64,000 bases of DNA, from assembly GCA_964016885.1 (NCBI GenBank), contig OZ024741.1, forward strand, positions 325,996,001 through 326,060,000, written 5' to 3'. Source of the DNA: Eledone cirrhosa (Eukaryota). Positions 53,601 through 64,000 of the stretch are shown here, piece by piece. A program made the translations under genes and the position numbers. The stretch's first letter is position 1. The number at the start of each line of letters is the position of its first letter. A model generated the notes under the pieces. The model was not told the DNA's origin. It worked only from the letters and a program-made list of their open reading frames with translations, and made no database searches.

Positions 53601-54056
53601 ACAGTCCCAGCGTGCATCTAAGATCCCGTTCCAGTCGCCCACTAACACTAAAGAGCGGGACGTTCCAAGAAAGGTCTCCAGACGCTGGAAGAAATCAGGC
53701 CGCCCTGCTCCTGTCGGGGCATAGACGGCCACTAGCCTGAAAGCTTGCCCGTCTCCGCTGGTCACGTCCAGCACCACCAACTTACCCTCTGGGTCCAGGA
53801 AGATGGCCCGTATGGCGAGATCCAAACCTCTCCGAAAAAGCACAGCAACTTCTTCCCCCAAACCAAGTCGGCTGGAAGATGCGTACACATCGTAGCCGCC
53901 AAAGATCGGTGCGAAGGCCCGTGCTTCGGAGATTCTGGTCTCGCTGATGGCCACTACATCTATGTTTAGTGACCTGAGGTCGTTGAGCAGGTGACCCTGC
54001 CTCCATGACGACCCCAAGCCACGCGCATTTATGCTGCCTATTCTGAGTGAGGTCAT
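50637..54056 (-). pseudogene. Tx1 ORF2 copy 2 (APE-RT-Zn), disrupted
   Basis: ORFs 53538-54056, 52568-53581, 52092-52646 and 50760-52088; AYADD intact. Confidence 0.92.
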
Positions 54057-54091
54057 GTTTAAAATAGAGTGGAAAAGATGGGAAAGACCAC

Positions 54092-56191
54092 TTACCGTAC
54101 TGTTGGTAGAGGAGGGATGGTTTTTCCATCCCTTTTCACTTGATCATCTGGTGAAGGGACCATTGAATCGTCCCTTCGGCTGGTCGTCGGCTCTTCTATG
54201 AGTATGTCCGAATATACTCTTCGCTTGATAGTTCCTCCTAGGTCTCTGAAATCACCAACTGCGTTGGGGAATTTCTTTTTAATGTTTGTGTATTGTTTCT
54301 GTGCTATTTTTAGCAGTCTTATGTTAGTTGGCGTTTTGATTGGTGCTGGTATTATGTAGTCGTGTTGTGAAATGTCTGTGTGTTCAATTATGTAAGTCAT
54401 TAGTTTCTTGTTGTGTGTATTTATTGCCGTGCATTTGTTTTTATGGGGGTGGGGTGTGGTTCTGTTATTTTCTTGTCGTTGTTGCTGGGTGTGTGTGTTT
54501 TGTTGTTGTGTTTGCGATGTTGGTGCTTGTGGTGGTGGTGTTGAAGGTGTCGTTGGCGGTGGGGTTGTCGCCGGTGGTGATGGTGGTGCTAGTGTGGGTG
54601 GTGATGGTGTTGGTAGTGTTGCTGCTGTGAGTCTCTTTGCAGTAGACTTTACCCTTTTTTCATTTCTTTCCTCCCTTTTCAAAGGCGACGATGCGCTGCT
54701 TCTGCGTTTGTGCCTTCTTACGACCTTTTGCCATCCCTCTCCCACCTCACACTCCATGTCTGATTCTGTGAGGTCGGGGAGGGGTACTAGCTCCACTCTT
54801 TCACTTGTTGTTGTTGGTGATGTTTGCACTGGAGTCTCTGTTGCAGCTGCATTTGGTATTGCTGTTGTTGTTGTTAATACTTCCACTGCTGCTGCTGTTT
54901 TTGATTTCCGTGGCGTGGGTATGGGTGCGACGGACCTATCGTTCCTGGTTACCGCTTGTCCTGTTGTTGGTAGCCGTGGAGCCGGTTTCGAAAGGAGGGG
55001 GGTTTTCTCCTTTCTCAGGGTCTTCTCGTTGCAGAAGGCCCTGAGGTGAGTCTTCGATCCACAGCGAAAGCATTTCGAGCGTTTTCCCTCAACACTTATG
55101 GGCAGTTGAGTGCCGTTATCGAAGTGTATTACATCCGGGATAGCTTCGATGCACTCCTGGTTGGTTTGGATTAACATCTCAATGGAGGTGCCGACCCAAT
55201 CTTCTCTTACTTTTTTCTGTACTTGCAGTACAGTTGTTTTGTCCTCGATTCCGACGAGGACAGACGCGGCCAGCCAAGAAGGGGCCATCCCGGGGGGGGG
55301 GGGACAGTTTGACCCTCACAATTTTATGCCCGCAGTAGGAGGGCACCAACACCATTTCTTCGCTCCTTAGGGTCACTACGGATTTAACCCTTGCTTCCTG
55401 GGGTGTCGCAAAAAGTACGTCTACGGTGGCATATTTTTTGCCTCGGGTGATGTGCGTTTTTCGCTGCCACACAGACCCCAAGGCTTTTTGTATTTGAGCC
55501 TCTGTGGCTCTTTCAACCCTACGGGATTTTGTACTTACTGTACGGTACGTGACCGTACAGTGATGTTGGGTTTCGAAAGATTTTTCCGCTGCCTTGCAGA
55601 TTGCTCGGTGTCCAGTTTTTGTCACCATCTTCTTCGCTTCCTCTAATTCCTCATTTGTTATGAGGATTGTTTCCAGGTTCTTCGCGATACCTGCAAATGA
55701 GATTGGTTTTTCTTTGCTGCTGTTGTTGTTGTTGTTTTCGTCAGAGCTGCTGTTACTTTTGTTGTTGCTGCAGGTACTACGACTACTGCCGCCGCCGCTG
55801 TTGCTGTGGTTGTTGTTGTTGTTGTTGCTGCTGCTAATGCTGTTGTTGTTTATGCTGCTGCTGATGCTGTTGCGGCTACTACTGTTGTTTTCATTGTCAC
55901 TGTTGCTGTTGTTATTACGGCTGCTACTGCTATTATTCCTGACGTCAGACGAATAAAATGAGTTTTCGTATTTCCCGCACACCTGTTTCGTCGTTGTCGT
56001 CGTGGAGAAATCTTGCACGCTTTGCACGAGACTTTTCTTTTCTGTCGTCGCTTGCGAAAGAGAAGGGAGGGAGAGAGACACATTTATAGAAGGGAGGGAG
56101 AGACACAATCTTCTCTCTGCTGTAGTGACGATTGAGGAAGAAGAAGACGGAATGAGTGGGAGTGACCTATGAAATTCTTTTTCGTAGCCAT
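54092..56191 (-). pseudogene. Tx1 ORF1 copy 2, frameshifted
   Basis: ORFs 55179-56108 and 54092-55288; CFRCGSKTHLRAFC. Confidence 0.85.
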
Positions 56192-56406
56192 GTTGTTTTT
56201 TTGTTTAAAATAAATATTGGGCACAAAACCCCAATAAGCAGTTATTTAACCCCGACGGGCCAAATAACGTGCAGAAAGACCCCTCTCACGAGGAGGAGGT
56301 TGTTTTTGTCTACAAGTTGGTTAAAGTTTTAAACAATTTACAATTGTTATAGCCGTCAAAATTTACAATACCTTACAGAGCCGAGCCTCCGTCAACCATA
56401 GCATTC

Positions 56407-56436
<30 letters not shown>

Positions 56437-56437
<1 letters not shown>

Positions 56438-59400
56438 GTTTCTTTATTGGCCACAAGGGCTAACAGGAAAAAAACATTAGAGACGGCACAGAACAGTACA
56501 GGACGATACAAAGTGAGTTTTTGTCGTGTAAACAGGTTACAACAAAAATTCAAATAAAAGGGGGAACCACCGAGGGTCACTCGTGGCGAAAACCACACAA
56601 AAAGACCACGGCCACACTGACCACCAGGGCAAGCGCCCTCTCTCAGTTCTCCCACTCCTTTGTCTCAGGCGCATACTCAGAGCGGGCCCGTTCACTCGGA
56701 CCAGACGCACCACTTTCACCTACCTTTCAACGAACTTACTAGAAGACAGCACTTGCTTCTTCACCCTGATTTTCCTCTTCAAGTGAAACTTGAAAAAGTT
56801 AATCAGGGATTGGCCAAAGAGGAAAGTCTCAGTCTTTAACCCTTTCAACCTTGTCCACCACACAATTTCTTTCGCCATGGCCACCAGGCAGATGAAAACT
56901 GACTGCCCTTCCTCCTCTTTAAAGGAGGGTGACGGGGCTATCTGCACAATGGACTCAGTCGATAACCGGATCCGTACTACACACGCCAGCAGCTATTCGA
57001 CATAGCTCCACAAGTCAGCAATCCTCGGGCACTGAACGAGTGCATACAGGACGGTTTCGTCGCCCTTCGCGCATCTCGGACAGGCTCGGCTGACAGCACC
57101 TCCGTGCCTATAGAGCTTATCCCGAACCGGCAACGCACCCCGATAGCACTGCTAGGCCAGGGATTTCTGGAAGTTGTCCATAGGCCCCGGTATAAAAGTT
57201 CTTTTGAAGAGAGCGAACAGCTGATAGTCTTCGACAACCAGGGTCTCCCCGAGAACGTCGTCGCTCTTCCCTCCACTAGCCCTCTATAGAACGCCGAGGT
57301 GGATATTCCACTGATACTAGTGCCCAGCTGGTAGAGGGTAGTGAGCGCCTGGAGACATTCCAGCTTCCAAGCGTTATCCCTCCGTCTTTTCCTGATCCAG
57401 GACTGCAGCTCCCTCAAGGAGACGAGCTGGGGAAAAGCGCGTCTGGCAAACGCCGACCACACCTGTTCACCGGCAAAGAAGCATCAGAGATGTCGCAGCC
57501 TCAGCGCATGTTTGCACATCATCAGCCACGGCATGCCTAGTCCTCCACGCAACGGATGTTGACAGCAAATGGATTGTCTGACCATGGGAGCACGTCCTTT
57601 CCACAAAAAGCGGAAGAGAAGGTGCTCCATTTTTGTCAGAGTTGGGCGAGGGCAAGGTACGACGGCCAGGCGGTAGTAGATGACGGACGCGATGTACGCA
57701 TTCGCCACCTCCGCCCGACCTTTCAGAGACAGCCTCCTCTCGGCCCATGTCTGGAAGATTGGTGCGAAGGCTCGTGCTTCGGAGATTCTGGTCTCGGTGA
57801 TGGCCATCACATCTATGTTTAGTAACCTGGGGTCGTTGACCAGGTGACTCTGCTTCCAAGATGACCCCAGGCCACGTACATTTATACTGAATATTCTAAG
57901 TACGGCCATGTTGGATGAGAAACGGGGCAAGTGTGAAAGGATCACTTACCTTGATCGTGTTGGGAAGAGACAGTAGAACCGTCACTTTGGCTGGTCATGG
58001 GTGTTTCCAAGATGATGTCAGTGTATTTCCTCTTGGTAAACGACCCTCTGAAGTCTCCAACTGTGTTGGGGATTTTTTCTTTTAAAAGTTTATAAAGATC
58101 TATTTTAATTTCAATGATGTTTATATTCTTCGGGAGAGTTGTTGGTATTGGTGGGGTGTAGTTTTTTTTTCTGTGATGTCTGTGTGTTGCTTTATATGTT
58201 GGAAGAGTTCTTTATTTGCCATGTTTATGGCTGTGTACTTTTTGGGGGGGAGGGGTGGTTTTGTTGCTGTTTTCTTGCTGTTGCTGTTGGGTGTGTGTGT
58301 GCTTTGTTGTGTTTGCGATGTTGGTGTTTTTAGTGATGCTGGTGGTGGTGTGGTTGTTGTTGGCGGTGATGCTTATGGTGGTGATGGTGATGGTGGTGGT
58401 GTTGCTGCAAGTCTCCTTGCAGCCTTTACCTCTCTTTGTTTGCCTTCGCTTTTGGACGGTGAAGCTAAGGGTTGTTTTCTTTTTTTTTTTTTTTGTTGCA
58501 GACCGTTTGTCACTTCCCTCCCGCCTCATACTAAATGTCGGATTCCGTGGCGTCTGGGAGGGGTATGAGCTCCACTACTGTTGGTGGTGGTAGCGAGCCC
58601 GCTCCGGCGATTTTGCCGCCGGTGTAGCTACTGCGACTGTTGGTGCTGCCACCACTGCTGGCGCTGTTTTAGTTGTCCGTAGCCTTGGTATGGGTGCCAC
58701 GGAAGTTGCCCTCCTACTCACCATGGAAGGGTCTTCTGCCTCTGTTGCCTGCCTTGCTCTTGGTAGCAGTGGATCAGACGTCGGAAGGAGGGGACCCTCT
58801 TCTTGGCTGTCTTCTGCTGGCAGAAGGCCCTGAGGTGACCCTTCTGCCCACAGAGATAGCACTTATAGGGAGTTGGAGTCCTTCCTCGAGGTCTATGATA
58901 TCTGGGATGGCTTCGAAGCACTACTGGTCAGTTTGTATTAGCATTTGCATGCCTATTCCTGACCATTTCTCTCTTTCCATTCTCTGTATTTGCAGTATGG
59001 TGGTCTTCTGCTCGATTTCAGCAAATACAGACGAGCCAGCTAAGGTATGGGCACGTCGGGCAGGACCTGGGTCACTTTGAACCTCACAATTTTCTGCCCA
59101 CAGTAGGAGGGCTTCAATACTATCTCCTCACTCTTTAGGGTTTCCAAAGAGTGAGACTTCGCCTCTTGAGGGGTGGCGAAAAGTACGTCTACTGTGGCGT
59201 ACTTTTTGCCTCGGGTGATGTGGGTTTTGCGCACCCTGACGCACGCCAAGGCCTTTTGGATTTGAACCTCCGTGGCTCTCTCCACCCGATGTGACATTTT
59301 GCTTACGGTGTGGTAACTCACCGTGCTCAGCTGCTGATCTTTGAATAAATCGGGTGGAGGTTTCAGGGAAACTCTATTGTCGTTTCTCGACACCATGGCT

Positions 59401-60166
59401 CTTGCGACTGCCATCTCCTCCTCCGTGACTAGCACTGTCTCTATTTTTCGGGCCACACCTGCGAAAGAAGTGGCCCTTTTTTCAGCGGCACCATTATTGC
59501 TGCCGCTATTGCTGCTACTGATCTTGTTGTTGGTGCTGTTGCTGTTGCTACAAACGGTGTTGTTGGTGCTGTTGCTGTTGCTACTGCTACAAACGGTGTT
59601 GTTGGTGTTGTTGCTGTTATCACTGTTGTAGTTGGTTGTCTTTTTGGTGCCACCGTTGTTGTTGTTTTTGGTGCAATTTGTATTGTTGCTGTTGGTGTTG
59701 TCGTTGTTTATTTTCTTGTTAGTGGTGTTAATATCGTTGTTGCATTTTGTTTTCATTTTTTTCTGTTGTCTGTATTTTGGTTGTCGCTGTTATTGTTGTA
59801 GTTGGTGTGGTAATTTTTTTAAATTAGTGTTCACAGTGTTGTTGTCTTTGTTCACGTTGTTTGTGGTGGTGTTTGTTGTATACATTTCTGTGACTCCCCC
59901 TCTCAACTTTTACGCCGTTGTCACACGACAGCAGAGATATTGCTGGGGGGGGGGGGGGCATGTTTTTTATTTTAATTTTTAAAAGTAAAATGTTCAAATA
60001 TTGTTCAAATATTTGGGCCAAAAGGCCCAAATATACTTTCCTCTTCACAGGGCAAAGTCCAAGGGCTTATATCCCTTACACAACAAGAAAAATTAAACAA
60101 CAAATAATTATAACAGGTAAATAAAGCGACTTACTGGGAGCGAGCAAAAAGACGTCCGAACAGACC
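56437..60166 (-). mobile_element. Tx1 LINE family B, internally deleted (most of APE and all of RT missing)
   Basis: ORF1 homolog (SFAGVARKIE..HITRGKKYATVDVLFATPQEA..CYLCGQKGHLRAFC); ORF2 reads ARAFAPIF|QTWAERRLSLKGRAEV; (AAT)n on both sides. Confidence 0.88.
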
Positions 60167-60174
60167 AATAATAA

Positions 60175-60355
60175 TTGTTTCTACTTTTGGCACAAGGCCA
60201 GCAATTACTCAGTGTATTACTGGTACTTTATTTTATCGACTCCGTAAGGATGAAAGGCAAAGTTAACCTCGGCGGGATTTGAACACAGATCATAAAGGGA
60301 CGTAACTCTATGCTTCAAAGCATGGTGTCCGACTCTCTACAGATACTGCCAATCC
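60175..60355 (-). mobile_element. SINE whose (ATT)n tail hosts Tx1 family B
   Basis: Family match; further fragment at ~60380-60432. Confidence 0.9.
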
Positions 60356-60724
60356 AATAATAATAATAATAGTTTCTATTAAATTGACCTCAGTGCATTA
60401 CTGGTGCTTTATTTTATCGACCCCGTAAGGATAATAATAACAAGTGTTAATTAAATGCAACAAGTTTATCACATCGAGAATCTAGAGTTAAATTGTGTTG
60501 TCACGTTATAATGATGAACATATGATAAGGTTAGATAAAGGTGGTTTGGTACCATCTATTTTTGGTTTTAATAGCATTGTAAACTTTGCCAAGCAAGCTT
60601 AGAGTGAAAACCTGAACAATAAATTAGCTCTGCAGCCATCATGCAGACAATGGCCAGTTTTCAATGCATTGTTCAATTATGTATATCAGTATAATATCTA
60701 TATAGGCACAGATATATGTATATG

Positions 60725-60797
<73 letters not shown>

Positions 60798-60802
<5 letters not shown>

Positions 60803-61870
60803 AATATGATAATATGGGCGCTGCGGAGTTGCAAATGGGTTACATATGAAAAAAGTTTGTCCTTCATCAGTGATCTTCCAACTATCATAGGCATTTCATC
60901 GCTTTAAAGACCATATACCTCCGGTTGGTGCGAGCAACGGCTAAAAAAAGTCGTTGGAACACGTAAATAAAGGGGACGCGAGGGTAAACAACAAAATGGT
61001 GAGGCAACAGAAAGTGAGGAAGAAGGAGACAAGTCCCAGATTTCTATGAATTTAAGTTCGGTGAAATCGTGAACGAGAGAATAAAGACCATCAAACCTGG
61101 TTGAAATGTGAGCAAGGAAGGAATTTCGCACAGGTCTAACGGGAGGAAGAAGGGGTCTGGTCTGCGAATTCGGTAAACATAAGTTCTGTGAAATCGTAGA
61201 CGAGAGAGAAAAAAATTCCGACCAGCTTGGCCGAGAATGTGAGAGAAAAGAGTTACTCACAGGTCAAACGGGAAGAAAGAGGAGGAGGAGGAGGAGGAGA
61301 GGTAGTGACAGAGAATGAGTGAGTGAAGGGTGAGGTGAGGAGGAGGCTAACAGAGAGAGAGACTGCTAGAAAAGGTAAAGATACATAGAACGAAAAAGAC
61401 GGTGTAGCAGCAGAGGAAAAATATGTGTAAATATGATAATAAGGGCGCTGCGGAGTTGCAAATGGGTGACATATGAAAAAAGTTTGTCCTTCATCAGTGA
61501 TCTTCCAACTATCATAGGCATTTCATCGCTTTAAAGACCTTATACCTCCGGTTGGTGCGAGCAACGGCTAAAAAAAGTCGTTGGGACACGTAAATAAAGG
61601 GGACGCGAGGGTAAACAACAAAATGGTGATGCAACAGAAAGTGAGGAAGAAGGAGACAAGTCCCAGATTTCTATGAATTTAAGTTCGGTGAAATCGTGAA
61701 CGAGAGAATAAAGACCATCAAAACTGGTTGAAATGTGAGCAAGGAAGGAATTTCGCACAGGTCTAACGGGAGGAAGAAGGGGTCTGGTCTGCGAATTCGG
61801 TAAACATAAGTTCTGTGAAATCGTAGACGAGAGAGACGATTTCACAGAACTCATGTTTACCGAATTCGCA
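60798..61870. repeat. ~628-bp unit, ~1.7 tandem copies, ending in a ~33-bp-arm fold-back (pLTR-like)
   Basis: TGTAAATATGATAAT.GGGCGCTGCGGAG at ~60799 and ~61426; hairpin TGCGAATTCGGTAAACAT..ATGTTTACCGAATTCGCA at 61790-61870; (TA)n on both sides. Confidence 0.85.
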
Positions 61871-61887
61871 TATATATATATATATAT

Positions 61888-63134
<1,247 letters not shown>

Positions 63135-63333
63135 ATTATAATAAATGTGAAGACTAAAATCCATTAAGGGTGAAAGCAGCGATTCTTCGCTTAAACTTTA
63201 ATCTGTTATTTTAATATATATATATATATAAATATATATATGTGTATGTATATATATATGTGTATATATATCTATATATATATATATGTATATATATCTA
63301 TATATATATATATGTATATATATGTGTATGGGA

Positions 63334-63372
<39 letters not shown>

Positions 63373-63912
63373 AGTCTGTTTGTGCATGTTTGTGTCTGTG
63401 TCTGTACGTGTGTATGTTGGAGTCTGCATATATATATGCATGTATATGGATGTAGACAGGCATATATGTATACATTCTCAAGTTTATTCGAAAAAACAAA
63501 AGACCTACACATACTGTGGAAAGTTTAATATACTTTAGTTGCTGATTCGTTTATAGTGTTAATACCGTTTCTAACACAATCTAATAGCAACGTTGTGATC
63601 AGATTTTCTCAGAACAGAATCAGAAGCAACTGTACCACTTACTTAATGACACATAGACACATACACACAGTCAAACATACTCACACAAACATTTATACAT
63701 ATATATATATATACATGTATACACATTTTCCTATATGATTGAACTCTAGATACACAAGTAGGCGACCAGCTTGTTAAATTTAATGTGTAGGTGTCTATCT
63801 CTGTATTTATATATCTATGAATCATCTGTCTATTTATCTCTCTCTCTCCCCCTCTCTCTTTCTCTCTCTCCCTCTCTCTCTGTATATATATATATGTATA
63901 TATATATATGTG

Positions 63913-64000
<88 letters not shown>

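Larger units (their letters stand above)
50387..56406 (-). mobile_element. Full-length Tx1 LINE, family A copy 2, in (ATT)n
   Basis: Collinear and highly similar to 39240-45263 from end to end; sits in the tail of R4 family B. Confidence 0.92.

Noticed and set aside
39240-56406. Segmental duplication as the origin of the two Tx1-A copies
   Set aside because: Similarity stops at the element termini; the adjacent R4 elements are different families and the adjacent SINEs differ in subtype
39053-59982. ORFs antisense or out of frame to the Tx1 and R4 genes (e.g. 43250-43885, 44444-44806, 40510-41019)
   Set aside because: Shadows of GC-rich or low-complexity retroelement coding sequence

Overview
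Repeat-dense animal genomic DNA with no recognisable host protein-coding exon. The abundant (TA)n/(CA)n/(GA)n/(AAT)n microsatellites and SINE types are consistent with an octopus-like cephalopod (inference). Three components dominate. (1) A ~24 kb nested stack (36.4-60.4 kb) of non-LTR retroelements joined through (AAT)n tracts: R4/Dong-type RLE elements on +, three Tx1 (L1-superfamily) elements on -, and tRNA-derived SINEs whose 3' ends match the Tx1 3' end (CCTTGTG-N8-AGAAACC-(ATT)n). This points to an (ATT)n-targeting Tx1 LINE/SINE partnership. (2) Penelope-like (GIY-YIG) relics and many short non-coding derivatives in (TA)n tracts. They carry minimal type I hammerhead ribozymes with palindromic stem III, often in fold-back palindromes or ~600-bp tandem units. 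(3) Older CR1/L2-group, RTE, Tx1-ORF1 and SINE debris. Most short ORFs in the track are microsatellite or antisense artefacts. All alignments and folds were made by eye.
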